DNA from: Nitrospirota bacterium
GTDB taxonomy: Bacteria > Nitrospirota > UBA9217
Reading direction: 5' to 3'
NCBI GenBank assembly: GCA_963845065.1
Contig: CAWJQQ010000002.1
Location: 352,001-416,000, forward strand
DNA length: 64,000 bases
The position numbers and the translations under genes are program-made. How positions within the stretch are numbered: position 1 is the first letter of the stretch; each line of letters opens with the position of its first letter. The notes beneath the pieces were generated by a model, which was not told the DNA's origin, did no database searches, and was given only the letters and a program-made list of their open reading frames with translations. Shown here in pieces: positions 19,809 to 32,190 of the stretch.

Positions 19809-21620
19809 CTACTCCACGATATCCAGCTTGATTGATAGTTCCTTGAGCTGAACCGGAGACACGCGAGATGGTGCGTCAGTCATGACGCAGACAGCCTTTT
19901 GTGTTTTCGGGAAGGCGATCACGTCGCGGATTGACTGCGCACCCGTAAGGATCGACGTGATCCGGTCGAGACCAAAGGCAATCCCGCCGTGGGGCGGAGC
20001 GCCGTATTCGAGTGCTTCGAGCAGGAACCCGAATTTTTTCCTTGCATCTTCTTCTGCAATATTCAAAAGGCCAAACATCTGTGATTGGATTTCCGACCGA
20101 TGGATACGGATGCTACCGCCGCCAATCTCTGAGCCGTTCAATACGATATCATAGGCCTTGGCCCTTACCTTGAGTGGATCAGTTTTCATTAATGCGAGGT
20201 CTTCATCCTTCGGGGCGGTAAAAGGGTGGTGCATTGCGTCGTATCGCTTTTCATCGGCATTCCATTCCACAAGGGGGAAGTCGGTGACCCAAAGGAAGTT
20301 TAGTTTACTTTCGTCAAAGAGGTTCAAGCGCTTGCCCATGAGCAGTCGCAGATAGCCCAGCGTTTCGGCAACAACCTTTGGACTGTCGGCGATAAACATC
20401 ATAAGGTCGCCTGGCTTTGCTCCGAGACGTTCTGCGATGGATTTGATCTGGCCATCCTTGAAAAACTTCGCTATCGGAGACTCGAAACCGGACCCGGTCA
20501 CTTTGATCCAAGCAAGTCCCTTTGCGCCGAAAACCTTTGCCTCATTCGTGAGGTCGTCCACCTCCTTGCGCGAAAGACCAGCCATGCCTGGAGCAGTAAA
20601 ACCTTTCACTTTGCCTCCGAATTCCATGGCATGGAGAAAGACCTTGAAATCAGAAGCCTTGGCAACGTCGGAGATATCCTTAAGTTCCAAACCGAAACGC
20701 GTGTCCGGCTTGTCGGAACCGAAGCGGTCCATGGCATCGCTATAGGGGAGACGCGGGAACGGCACGGTAATCTCGATGCCTTTTACTTGCCGAACAATTT
20801 CGGCGACGAGCTTTTCCATGAGCGTAATGACATCGTCTTCGTCGATGAACGACATCTCAAGATCGATCTGCGTGAACTCGGGCTGTCGGTCTGAGCGAAG
20901 GTCCTCATCTCGGAAACACTTGACGATCTGGTAATAGCGTTCGAAGCCGGCCACCATCAGGATCTGCTTAAAAAGCTGGGGTGATTGCGGGAGTGCGAAG
21001 AACATGCCAGGGTTAACCCTACTCGGAACGAGATAATCCCGGGCGCCTTCGGGCGTGCTCTTCGTGAGGAACGGTGTTTCGATGTCTATGAAGCCATTGC
21101 TGTCGAGGAAGCGCCTTACGGTCTGAGTGATCCGATGACGAGTGATCAGGACCTTTTGAAGGCTCGGACGTCTTAAGTCAAGATAGCGGTACTTGAGTCG
21201 GAGCATCTCTGCAACATCCGTCTCGTCTTCGATCATGAAAGGAGGCGTCTTTGCCTGATTCAGGACCGTCAAGTCTGTCACGAGAACTTCAATCTCGCCA
21301 GTCGGGAGCTTGCGGTTCACGGTTGTGCCCGGCCTTGGCGCTACGGCCCCCGTTACGGCAATCACGAATTCGCTCCTGATATCATGGGCCAGCGCATGGG
21401 CATTCGAAGCCGTTTCGGGATTGAAGACTACCTGCGTGATGCCGCCGCGATCCCTTAGGTCCACAAAAATAAGTCCTCCGTGGTCTCGCCTCGTATGCAC
21501 CCATCCCATAAGCGTCACGACAGCGCCGACGTCCTTTTTTGCCAGTTCACCGCATGTATGCGTTTTTTTGTTTGCTTTCACCAATCGTACCCCTTTACAC
21601 ATTTTTGCCGCACGGGACAC
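19809..21620 (-). CDS. aspS: Aspartate--tRNA(Asp/Asn) ligase, probably non-discriminating; true start may be GTG near 21581
   Basis: RRDHGG (His typical of ND-AspRS), [36 protein letters not shown]. Confidence 0.96.
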   Translation of the reverse strand: MSRAAKMCKGVRLVKANKKTHTCGELAKKDVGAVVTLMGWVHTRRDHGGLIFVDLRDRGGITQVVFNPETASNAHALAHDIRSEFVIAVTGAVAPRPGTTVNRKLPTGEIEVLVTDLTVLNQAKTPPFMIEDETDVAEMLRLKYRYLDLRRPSLQKVLITRHRITQTVRRFLDSNGFIDIETPFLTKSTPEGARDYLVPSRVNPGMFFALPQSPQLFKQILMVAGFERYYQIVKCFRDEDLRSDRQPEFTQIDLEMSFIDEDDVITLMEKLVAEIVRQVKGIEITVPFPRLPYSDAMDRFGSDKPDTRFGLELKDISDVAKASDFKVFLHAMEFGGKVKGFTAPGMAGLSRKEVDDLTNEAKVFGAKGLAWIKVTGSGFESPIAKFFKDGQIKSIAERLGAKPGDLMMFIADSPKVVAETLGYLRLLMGKRLNLFDESKLNFLWVTDFPLVEWNADEKRYDAMHHPFTAPKDEDLALMKTDPLKVRAKAYDIVLNGSEIGGGSIRIHRSEIQSQMFGLLNIAEEDARKKFGFLLEALEYGAPPHGGIAFGLDRITSILTGAQSIRDVIAFPKTQKAVCVMTDAPSRVSPVQLKELSIKLDIVE

Positions 21621-21934
21621 AGAGATAGTGCCGGAATGAACAAGATTGGATACCTTTCAAGGATAACGGCATTTATTATTTGCCATTCATGCTGCTAACG
21701 TTTTCTCCAAATCCTCAGCGAACGCTGTGGCTAATAGCATTTACGCTCCAAAACAGGCTGGATAATAGCATCTCATACAGCACAAAGTCAAGCGTCCGTT
21801 ACGGACTTAATGAATACGAACTTAGAGCTAACGGCCGACGACAAGGAATACAGGGGAGGTGAGCAGGGAGTGAATTCCGAGGGTGAAAAAAAAAGCGCAA
21901 TTCCTTTGAATAGCGCTAATGAGAGAATATATTA

Positions 21935-22962
21935 TGTGGGTGGCTGATTGACTCAAGTACCCCCAACCTGTAGTATGTATTCATGATTAAAGCCACTCCC
22001 AAGAGTCCGTATCCTAGAACCTTTGAGGAGTTTCTTGATTGGTTCGAAAGCGAAGAGGATTGTCTGCACTACCTTGAATGGGTGCGTTGGCCTAGTGGGT
22101 TTGTTTGTCCGCGATGTTCGGGTCAGAAAGCCTGGCGTACAGATCGCGGTTTGTGGCATTGTAGTGGCTGTCAAATGCAGACTTCGGTTACGGTCGGGAC
22201 GGTATTTGAAGGTACGCGTAAACCATTGCGCCTGTGGTTTCATGTTATGTGGATGATGATGGCACAAAAAACCGGTTTGAGCGCTCGAAATCTCTGTGAC
22301 ACTTATGGGTTCGGAAGCTACCAGACCGCTTGGGGCTGGTTGCAAAAGTTGCGTAGCGTAATGATTCGCAGTGGTCGTGAACGATTGTGTAGTCGTGTTG
22401 AAGTGGATGAGACTTACATTGGCGGACAGAAAGAGGGTGCGCGTGGACGAGGTGCGGCGAGCAAAACCATGGTTCTTGTTGCAGTGGAAGGAAATGCTGA
22501 TAAGCTGGGACGTGTACGTTTTCGATGTGTGAGCACTGCTGACGCAAACAGCATTGAGTCCTTTGTCGGGGACTATGTCGAACCCGGTACGGTAGTAGTC
22601 ACCGATGGATTGCCTTCCTACAATGGCATGAAAGCCGCAGGGTTCGATCATCGCGCCCATGTTATAGCAGCGGGCGGCGATGCAGCACGAGAACATCTTT
22701 ATCATGTTCACCTCGTTATCTCACTCGTGAAACGATGGCTGGTTGGCACCCATCAAGGTGCAGTGACACCAGCCCATCTTCAGTCATACTTGGATGAGTT
22801 TGCCTTTCGCTTCAACCGTCGTCTTTCCACTCATCGCGGCAAACTCTTTCATCGGTTGATCCAACAATCTGTGACTACACGGCCACCAGCAGTCAAAGCG
22901 CTATATGTCAAGAAACAAAACAACAACCTGTAGTGGTTACTTGATTAAGTCAGCCACCCACA
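21935..22962 (+). mobile_element. Intact IS1595-family insertion sequence
   Basis: 25-bp TIRs TGTGGGTGGCTGAttgacTCAAGTA / TGTGGGTGGCTGActtaaTCAAGTA (3 mismatches); 8-bp target duplication ATATATTA (21927-34, 22963-70). Confidence 0.92.
21983..22933 (+). CDS. IS1595-family transposase (Zn ribbon + ISXO2-like DDE)
   Basis: RWPSGFVCPRC..CSGC, VEVDETYIGG, VVTDG, YLDEFAFRFNRR. Confidence 0.93.
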   Translation: MIKATPKSPYPRTFEEFLDWFESEEDCLHYLEWVRWPSGFVCPRCSGQKAWRTDRGLWHCSGCQMQTSVTVGTVFEGTRKPLRLWFHVMWMMMAQKTGLSARNLCDTYGFGSYQTAWGWLQKLRSVMIRSGRERLCSRVEVDETYIGGQKEGARGRGAASKTMVLVAVEGNADKLGRVRFRCVSTADANSIESFVGDYVEPGTVVVTDGLPSYNGMKAAGFDHRAHVIAAGGDAAREHLYHVHLVISLVKRWLVGTHQGAVTPAHLQSYLDEFAFRFNRRLSTHRGKLFHRLIQQSVTTRPPAVKALYVKKQNNNL

Positions 22963-22967
22963 ATATA

Positions 22968-23213
22968 TTATGATTTTTTTGCGGCCTTCTGAAGTTTCTC
23001 GAGCTTTTCTGCTCCGACGCACTCCTTGGCGTAGGCGCACCACTCGATACAGGAAGAGCCGATGGGCCGTGCATTCAGGTGACCACACTTCTTACACTCG
23101 GTTTCGGGCTCGTCACTCCAAATTTCGATCTTTTCGCCGCACTTCTGGCACCGGATATCTTCCGGTTTCGGCGACCGTATTTCAGCGCTTCCTGGACAGC
23201 CTTCTTTAAACAT
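22968..23213 (-). CDS. Small Cys-rich metal-binding protein (81 aa)
   Basis: CPG..CQKCG..EIWSDE..CKKCG..CIEWCAYAKECVG, eight Cys. Confidence 0.8.
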   Translation of the reverse strand: MFKEGCPGSAEIRSPKPEDIRCQKCGEKIEIWSDEPETECKKCGHLNARPIGSSCIEWCAYAKECVGAEKLEKLQKAAKKS

Positions 23214-23292
23214 GATCTTACTCTACACAAATTGCATTACTATGGCTATGATATGCATCATAGTATGAATTTTTACAGAAAACCATTATTAC

Positions 23293-24257
23293 CTATAAAT
23301 ACCCTTTGGGCTGTGCCAGCGGTCCTGCAAAATAAGGATTCGACGACAGTAAGCCCGGAGCCATTCTTGGCGTGCAACTACGCTCCATATTTGACAGGAA
23401 TCTTTCAGTCAGAATATGAAGTACTGATTTAGTGCTTTTGTAAACGTTGATGACCGTATCAGAACTTCTGGCACGGTGATTACGAGCTCCGTTTACATCA
23501 GCATGAAATTCGGCGTTACAACATTTGCATTGAAATTGCGATTGAGTAATTCTATTGCCTTTATCCACATAGCCGCATGCAGAACATTCCTGAGATGAAT
23601 AGGCAGGGTCAGTTTCAGTGATCTTTATGCCGAAAGTCGATTTTAGAGATTCAAGCTTGGTGTTGACTATGGATTTCCCAAATCTCGATATAGGCCGATT
23701 TATTCGTCTTGAAAGCTCGGGGCTTCCGAATTCAAGGCGCTCTACAATGAGTTCCGCAGGTTTGTGAATGTCAACGGCGCGGTTCAATACCCGGTTAATC
23801 TAGTTTTTCATGAATTCTCGGAGATTGACGACTAAATTTATCGTAGTGTGGTGACCGGGTTTTAACCCTTGCCGTTGCCTATTGACATGTCTGCTTATAA
23901 CGTGCGCTGAGCAGAGATTTAATATGCTTGATATCGTAGTTTTTATCAAAAGCTCCATGTTTGTGCAATATCACCCATTGCTCGGACGCTATCAAAGCAG
24001 CAAGTTCACGGTATGACTTAACCACCTTCACAACTTCTTTTACTTTGCCAGAATTGGCGAAATGCTTAAGCTCATGGGCCTTAATCATCCTTATGCCCCA
24101 TCATAATTTTGGATGGCTTAAATTGCCGACAGGATAATAATTCCGTGCAGTTTTGTATATAACACTATTTTTGGATAAGCAGATAAGCTTGTTTGGCATA
24201 TATTAGCACAAAAATATACAAATTAATATATTAATTGTAGATTATTGATAACTTCAG
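23293..24257 (-). pseudogene. tnpB: Internally deleted IS607/IS605-type element with a split tnpB
   Basis: C-terminal fragment has LIVERL, DPAYSSQECSACG, CKCC..HADVNGARN; N-terminal fragment at 23879-24088; RuvC-I region missing; AT-rich end near 24200-24257. Confidence 0.8.
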
Positions 24258-24262
24258 CGAGC

Positions 24263-25063
24263 TTAATTCTTGACCGTCTCTTTTACGGCATCGATGATCT
24301 CAATTTTAAAATTATAGGGAATTATTGCCCGGTCGACTTCCACCGGGATAAAGAGATTGAACGACTGCCCCTTGAGGCCTGCAGCAACGTCGCTGTAGAG
24401 CGGGAACAGTGAGTGAATATCGTATCCCTTTCTTTGTGGGGAAAGAAACACGTTGGCGATCGGTATCACATCCTCCTTTATCGAACTCTTCGCCAGAACA
24501 ATCTGATCCGGGAGCGGATTATTCCTGTCCGGAAATCGGACAGTTGAAGACATAATCCGATGTGCCTGGTTGTTCACATCGCTGTACTCGGATCGATCCC
24601 ATAGAATCTTGACATCATGATCGGTCAGGTTGCTAAAGCTCATGTCGAACGACTGATCTCCTATCGAGAAGGCTATCGCAATGACTCCGTCCCGAAACCG
24701 CAGTTCATTTGATATCTCAGGGGCCGTCATCCGGTATTTGAGGCTGTACTTCACCAGGTTCTGGATAATTTGTTCCAGCCGGATGTTGAGTGTTTCGCCC
24801 GCTTTGATGTCCTTTAGCGCGATTATCTTTGGTTGATAATTTTCTCTTTGCACTTCGAGAATCGCTTTTGATGCAAGCGCGGGATCGCTGGGCACTTTAA
24901 CCGTCACCGCAGCCGGTGAGCTAAACTTCTGTTCCTTCAAGTCCGAACCGGAGATGACCTTGATGACCGAGTCAGGCGGATCGGCGAAAACTTTGAAGTT
25001 TATCGTGGCAGGACTTGTACAACCAGTTGCAAGAATCGCTGCAAGTAGAACAAATAGTCTCAT
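24263..25063 (-). CDS. Hypothetical lipoprotein
   Basis: GAGGAGG RBS, MRLFVLLAAILATGC lipobox. Confidence 0.75.
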   Translation of the reverse strand: MRLFVLLAAILATGCTSPATINFKVFADPPDSVIKVISGSDLKEQKFSSPAAVTVKVPSDPALASKAILEVQRENYQPKIIALKDIKAGETLNIRLEQIIQNLVKYSLKYRMTAPEISNELRFRDGVIAIAFSIGDQSFDMSFSNLTDHDVKILWDRSEYSDVNNQAHRIMSSTVRFPDRNNPLPDQIVLAKSSIKEDVIPIANVFLSPQRKGYDIHSLFPLYSDVAAGLKGQSFNLFIPVEVDRAIIPYNFKIEIIDAVKETVKN

Positions 25064-25136
25064 AAATCCCTCCTCAACATCGTAGCAGCATTTGAGTCGT
25101 ATAGTAGCATCTCCAGCAGCTGCTGTCACGAAAAGC

Positions 25137-26354
25137 TCATTGCAGCATCACGTCGAACGCCAGCTCTTTGTCGCCAAGCAGAAAACGTTTCCGCATCACC
25201 TTAACTTTGATGGCCTCATCATGGCGCATGTAAAATAGCACAATCTTGATCTCGGCCATTGTGTGTACAGGTAAATTGTCAAGTGCAACGATAACATCCC
25301 CGACTCTGATGCCCGCCTTCTGGGAAACGCTGTCCGAGGGAAAATCCGTAATCACGACCTTCCCGCCCTCGTCTTTAAACATGACCATCAGTTTAGGTGC
25401 AGTCTCGCCTTCGATCGCCTCGGGGAATATCAGGTAGTCGCCAATGCCCCGGTCAACATCAGCGTCGTTCAGGATCGTCGCATACTCATATCCATTGAGC
25501 CGAAAAGCCCGCTTGGGAATTCCCGAGCCATAGGACAGGTGTCCTGAGCCTGCAATTACGATCACCTGGCGTGAGGGGTTCTTCCGCATATACTCATCAA
25601 GGGACAGTGCCATGGTCTCGTCCCAGAGTACCTGTGCTTCATAAAAGAATTCAAAATTTTTTTCACCTGAGTCTTTATGCTCCGCAAAGACCTGTTTCAG
25701 ACGATCGCGGTAGCCGTCGTCAGACAAATCCAGCTGTTGCGGGATTTCTTTTTTTTCATCGACAGATAAGGAATCTTTTCCACCCTTCGCTACTTTACCG
25801 GTGATTTCCCCCCTCACATTCAAGGCAACTATCGGGATTTTCTCGGCACGTGCAAAGTCGAGGATAGGTTTGTACAAATTGAAATCATAAACCCAACGCG
25901 AAAAGTATTCCGACTTCTTCAGGAACTCACGTTCCCCGATTGCGCCGCTGATATAGTCATCCAGCACCTGCTGGAAAGGCCGCTGGAACATCTCCATACC
26001 AATGGCAATCGAAGGGTTCTTTTTGAACAGGCCCTCGATGACTTGCAGCTCGACCTCATGGTTGCTGAAGCGGTCGTGGTATTCCCCCACGTAAACGATC
26101 TTTTTACTGGCAACCTGATCAATGACCCAGGGAAGCGCCTTGAGTCCCGCCATATCGATGGCTACGGGATCCGTTCTCGGTTCCATTTTCTTTTCCCTCA
26201 CGGAATCGATGGTTTTTTTTGAAGTCGCTCCCCGTAAGCCAGCGGGCGGAGAGTTGGTTTCATTGGATGAGGCCGTGCACTCGTTTGCCCCGAGGGTGAG
26301 AACAAGCAGGGTGGTCAATATAGCAATCTTGACAGTAACGCATTGTTTTTTCAT
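25137..26354 (-). CDS. ChaN-family (heme/iron-regulated) exported protein with C-terminal PDZ
   Basis: VYVGEYHD, IGMEMFQRPFQ, QVLWDETMA, IAGSGH..GIP; PDZ KAGIRVGDVIVAL. Confidence 0.85.
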   Translation of the reverse strand: MKKQCVTVKIAILTTLLVLTLGANECTASSNETNSPPAGLRGATSKKTIDSVREKKMEPRTDPVAIDMAGLKALPWVIDQVASKKIVYVGEYHDRFSNHEVELQVIEGLFKKNPSIAIGMEMFQRPFQQVLDDYISGAIGEREFLKKSEYFSRWVYDFNLYKPILDFARAEKIPIVALNVRGEITGKVAKGGKDSLSVDEKKEIPQQLDLSDDGYRDRLKQVFAEHKDSGEKNFEFFYEAQVLWDETMALSLDEYMRKNPSRQVIVIAGSGHLSYGSGIPKRAFRLNGYEYATILNDADVDRGIGDYLIFPEAIEGETAPKLMVMFKDEGGKVVITDFPSDSVSQKAGIRVGDVIVALDNLPVHTMAEIKIVLFYMRHDEAIKVKVMRKRFLLGDKELAFDVMLQ

Positions 26355-26676
26355 GAATTACCAAAATGAAAATTGAAATAGTGTCATCATATTACCAGAA
26401 AATGAGCGGGTTGGCTATGTTCCTGTCATATCTATTTAGGAAAATCGATATTCTGGACGCTCTTCATGATTAAAACCATGGTCTTTCTGTGTATTTTCCA
26501 GTAAAATTAGACCGTGGAATTAGCACGAATTAATTACTCGGGGATTAGCTCCTGGCGCTACAGGAACCCTATAACATTGCAAATTTTTTGCTAATATCTC
26601 TATTCCCCTGTTGTATTTTTGCGACTTTTTATAAGATGCTTTTTTTTGTAATGATTATTTGTAATGATAAATAGAC

Positions 26677-26705
26677 TTGAATTTGCTTTAATAGATATCT
26701 ATAAT
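26677..26705 (+). promoter_or_regulatory. sigma70-like promoter of the dksA-like gene
   Basis: TTGAAT-17 nt-TATAAT. Confidence 0.55.
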
Positions 26706-26752
26706 AGTTCTTTAGCTACAGATTCCGGACATCAAGAGGGAGATTTTCGAAT

Positions 26753-27337
26753 ATGGCTGCAAAAAAGAGTGCCAAGAAGAAAGCTACCAAACCGGTCAAA
26801 AAGAACGTAGTAAGGAAATCGACCAACAGAAAAACGGTAAAAGTCGCAAAGAAAACCGTTAAAAAGGCTGTTAAAAAGGCGACCCGCAGAATGCCCCCTG
26901 CCGACAAGACCGCTGAAACGAAACCCGTTAGAATTTCGTCAGCCTTGCTAAAGCGTCACGAACTCCTGAAAAAAATACTTCTGAAAAAGCGGAACGAAGT
27001 GGTAGACGGCCTCGAAGCGCAGATGGGCCGTAGGCTTACGAGGGACATGGGCCAAAAGATCGACTCCGCTATGGATACCGCTGATCAGTCAGCACTGGAC
27101 GTCGATCAGGGAATCGACTCTTCCCTGTTGGAAATGAAGTACGAGCAGTACAAGGACATCGCCGACGCCTTTCGTAAACTCCAGAACAAAACATTTGGTC
27201 TCTGCGAGGAATGCGGCGAAGAGATCGACATCAAACGGCTCGAAGTGAACCCCCTCGCTCGGTTTTGCATATCCTGCAAGATGAAAAAAGAGGAAATTGA
27301 ACGTATCCAGAAAGAGGAAACGAGGTTCAAGGAGTAG
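26753..27337 (+). CDS. DksA/TraR C4 zinc-finger protein with Lys-rich N-terminus
   Basis: DTADQS coiled-coil tip; FGLCEECGEEI..RL..P.ARFCISCK. Confidence 0.88.
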   Translation: MAAKKSAKKKATKPVKKNVVRKSTNRKTVKVAKKTVKKAVKKATRRMPPADKTAETKPVRISSALLKRHELLKKILLKKRNEVVDGLEAQMGRRLTRDMGQKIDSAMDTADQSALDVDQGIDSSLLEMKYEQYKDIADAFRKLQNKTFGLCEECGEEIDIKRLEVNPLARFCISCKMKKEEIERIQKEETRFKE

Positions 27338-27396
27338 GGACTTCATTAATACTGAAACCCAACTTAAGCAATCCGCGGGTCTGAGGTAGCATGGTC

Positions 27397-27999
27397 TTGA
27401 CATCCTCCCAGTCGGAAGGCAGCGGATTCCCGAATCAGAGTCTACTACTACTGAGAGCCAATGCTGATTTTGTTTTCGAATGCGGCAGATGTGTTTGCCA
27501 CGTTCCCGATTCATGGGCTGATGTTGCTGACCCGGTATTTTTCCTGGCGAACCGGCTGTCCGAAAGCTGTGCCATACAACCACTACTCCAATAGTCACTT
27601 ATTTGCCCCGGGTGATACTTTTTTACAGATTCAACATTTACAATGGCACCCAGTTTTGCCCTCTCTTTAATAATAGTTCTTAAGGTTCTCTACGTTGGGA
27701 ATAGAGATATAACACGAGCATTCGCATCGCGAATTAAGTTCGTTGGCAAAATTATGAATGAGGTGTAATTTCGGTTCTTAGTAGGCAAAAGCTTTACCCG
27801 GCAACCTTCTTGCCAGAACACCATACTTTCAGTTTCAAAGAACAAAACAGGGAGTGGCTTTCCGACTGTTTTGTTGATAATATCAAGCAGGTCAACAATT
27901 GACAGCCTAATACTAAATCAATATTTCTCGTATTCCTTGGCAACCAGCGCCTTATATTCCCGCCCTAAAGAGACGGGGTTTTAGGCGCTGAAGAATAAA
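27397..27999 (-). mobile_element. Decayed IS605-type element with both ends
   Basis: Minus strand left end TTTATtcttcagcgcctaaaACCCCGtctctttagggCGGGaatataagg; right end gggaatccgctgccttccgactgggaggaTGTCAA; faint tnpB C-terminal residue inside. Confidence 0.65.
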
Positions 28000-28098
28000 G
28001 ATGAGCACGGTTTTCAACAAGCCGTATGGTCTTGTTTCAAACCGTAGACGGTGAAGCTGCTTTTAGTTTATCATGGTCCTGAACAGTTACGGTTTTTC

Positions 28099-28127
28099 TT
28101 GACAAAAAGGCAGCAATCCAGTATCGT
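28099..28127 (+). promoter_or_regulatory. sigma70-like promoter for tRNA-tilS
   Basis: TTGACA-17 nt-TATCGT, 20 nt upstream of the tRNA. Confidence 0.6.
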
Positions 28128-28147
28128 ATGCCACTGAATTTTCTCGG

Positions 28148-28223
28148 GGCGGTGTAGCTCAGCTGGTAGAGCAGGGGAATCATAATCCCTGTGTCCGGGG
28201 TTCGAGTCCCTGCACCGCCACCA
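28148..28223 (+). tRNA. tRNA with CAT anticodon (probably elongator Met; Ile2 not excluded)
   Basis: GGCGGTG/CACCGCC acceptor stem, D-arm GCTC/GAGC, anticodon loop ATCATAA, TTCGAGT T-loop, encoded CCA; 76 nt. Confidence 0.95.
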
Positions 28224-28261
28224 TTTTTTTCTTCCCTCACTGAGCTCATTTTCCCTTTTTC

Positions 28262-29641
28262 ATGCTGCTTAATAAAACCAAAGAGATTATCAGGCGCTTT
28301 TGCATGCTGAAACCTGGAGACCGGGTCGTTATCTCCGTCTCGGGCGGGCCGGACTCGGTGTGCCTTCTCTCCATCCTCCACGCTCTTTCCGCAGAATTGA
28401 AAATATCCCTGCATATTGCCCATCTCGATCATATGTTCCGCGGGAAGGAGTCATCAGATGAAGCACGCTTCGTGGACAACCTAGCCAGGAAGATGGGCAT
28501 TCATGCCACAATCGAGCATATCGACGTGCCTGCCTTCTGCAGCGCACACGGCCTATCGCCCCAAGTGGGAGCACGCGAGGTCCGTTACTCGTTCTTAAAC
28601 CGGGTCGCTCAGGCAACAGGTGCCATCCGAATCGCAACAGGACATACTGCCACGGACCAGGCGGAAACGTTCCTGATGCGTCTCCTTCGCGGAGCCGGTA
28701 CTGCGGGCCTCTCGGCCATTCCACCTGTTCGGGGCAACATCATCAGACCACTTATCGAATCAACACGAGACGAGATTCTGGAATATCTCCGGGCTGCCAG
28801 CATCACGTTCGTGACCGATCCCTCAAATGCTAAATCTCTTTACATGAGAAATAGAATCAGGCTGGAGCTCATGCCGGTTTTAAAACAGTACAATCCCCGC
28901 ATTGAAGAAACACTCGCATCAGAGGCCGGCTTGCTTCGCGACGAGGACGAGGCGACTACTGTGTACCTTGAAACCGTAATGCAATGCATCCTCACAAAAG
29001 ATAAAGATGTCGTCACCTTGATGAGGGATAAATTCAACGCCTTGCCTCTTGCGTTTCGGCGCAGGATTTTCAGAACCAGCACAACCACGGTCGGCCTGAA
29101 ACCATCGGAAATGTCCTTGGCCCAGACCGACGAAGCGCTCGCGTTCATGACGACATCACAATCAGGCAGGTCCTTGAGCTTGCCCGGTGGTCTTACGCTC
29201 GGGCGAGAGTATGATCAGTTCATCATCAGCGCGGCTCATGTTCCGCAGAATTTTTCCTATGTGCTTACTCTTCCGGGAACTACAATAATTGCCGAGCTCG
29301 GCATGGCGGTGGAGACGCAGCTCATGGAAAAAAGGGGCGTATATCCAGCTGGAGAAAATAATCTCTGGCAGGCAATGTTCGATTATGATAAGATAAGTCC
29401 GTTTTTGACTATCAGAAATAGACGTCCGGGCGACACGTTCTGCCCTTCGGGCATGGGAGGAAGGAGCAAAAAGCTTCAGGACTATCTGGTCAACAAAAAA
29501 ATCCCGCGACGGCTGCGGGACAGGATTCCTCTCCTCTATTCGGGAGCGGACCTCATTTGGGTTGTGGGATTCAGGACGGATTTCCGGTTTCTACCGGGTC
29601 CGGACATGAAGCGTGCACTAGTCGTAAGCGTAAAAAGATGA
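28262..29641 (+). CDS. tilS: tRNA(Ile)-lysidine synthetase
   Basis: SGGPDS PP-loop, HLDHMFR, ATGHTATDQAET, IIRPL, RNRIR, TilS C-terminal domain. Confidence 0.95.
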   Translation: MLLNKTKEIIRRFCMLKPGDRVVISVSGGPDSVCLLSILHALSAELKISLHIAHLDHMFRGKESSDEARFVDNLARKMGIHATIEHIDVPAFCSAHGLSPQVGAREVRYSFLNRVAQATGAIRIATGHTATDQAETFLMRLLRGAGTAGLSAIPPVRGNIIRPLIESTRDEILEYLRAASITFVTDPSNAKSLYMRNRIRLELMPVLKQYNPRIEETLASEAGLLRDEDEATTVYLETVMQCILTKDKDVVTLMRDKFNALPLAFRRRIFRTSTTTVGLKPSEMSLAQTDEALAFMTTSQSGRSLSLPGGLTLGREYDQFIISAAHVPQNFSYVLTLPGTTIIAELGMAVETQLMEKRGVYPAGENNLWQAMFDYDKISPFLTIRNRRPGDTFCPSGMGGRSKKLQDYLVNKKIPRRLRDRIPLLYSGADLIWVVGFRTDFRFLPGPDMKRALVVSVKR

Positions 29642-29734
29642 CAAAGACGATGCAAGAAAGGGAAAATATCCTGTACATTGCCTCGTGCAACAAGTTGTCC
29701 CGCTAGCATATCAGCAGTCTTCAAGGAGGAACTC

Positions 29735-30265
29735 ATGGTAGGTATTGATTTCGGCAAACCCCTTTTTACGAGTGAAGAAATTCAACGAAAGATCCAAGAA
29801 CTCGGTTCGAGACTCTCTGCAGATTATGCCGAGAAGGACCTACTTGTCGTCGGCGTGCTTAAGGGCGCCATATTTTTCATGTCCGATCTGCTGCGTTCGC
29901 TGAAGATCTCTGTCCGGATGGATTTCATCCACTGCACAAGTTCAAAAGGCAGCCATCCTGTCCAGATCATCGCCGACATGAAAGAGGACATTAAGAGAAA
30001 AGACGTCCTTCTTGTGGAGGACATCATGGACTCGGGAGTTACCATCGATTTCGTGAAGAAAATGCTCTTGGAACGTGGTCCTGCATCACTCAAAGTCTGC
30101 GTGCTCTTGGATAAGACGGGAAGACGGAAAGTGCAGATCGAGGCAGACTATGCCGGATTTCGCATACCGAACAAGTATGTCGTCGGCTACGGTTTGGATT
30201 ATAAAGACCGGTACAGAAATTTGCCGTATATCGCCGTACTCCCATATGAGGAACGACAGGGATAA
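29735..30265 (+). CDS. hpt: Hypoxanthine phosphoribosyltransferase
   Basis: AAGGAGG RBS; VGVLKGA, VLLVEDIMDSGVT, YVVGYGLDY..YRNLPYI. Confidence 0.9.
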   Translation: MVGIDFGKPLFTSEEIQRKIQELGSRLSADYAEKDLLVVGVLKGAIFFMSDLLRSLKISVRMDFIHCTSSKGSHPVQIIADMKEDIKRKDVLLVEDIMDSGVTIDFVKKMLLERGPASLKVCVLLDKTGRRKVQIEADYAGFRIPNKYVVGYGLDYKDRYRNLPYIAVLPYEERQG

Positions 30266-30384
30266 CCTACCCGAAATACCCTCAATTACAAGGATAAATC
30301 TGTTGTCACACTGTCTACAATATGTTAATATAAAAGAATTCCGGCAGGCTTGAACGCCTGACGGCTATTCAGGAGGTTTCCTTC

Positions 30385-32181
<1,797 letters not shown>

Positions 32182-32190
32182 GAGGCAGGC

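Noticed and set aside
21953..22711. 252-aa minus-strand ORF
   Set aside because: Antisense shadow of the IS1595 transposase.
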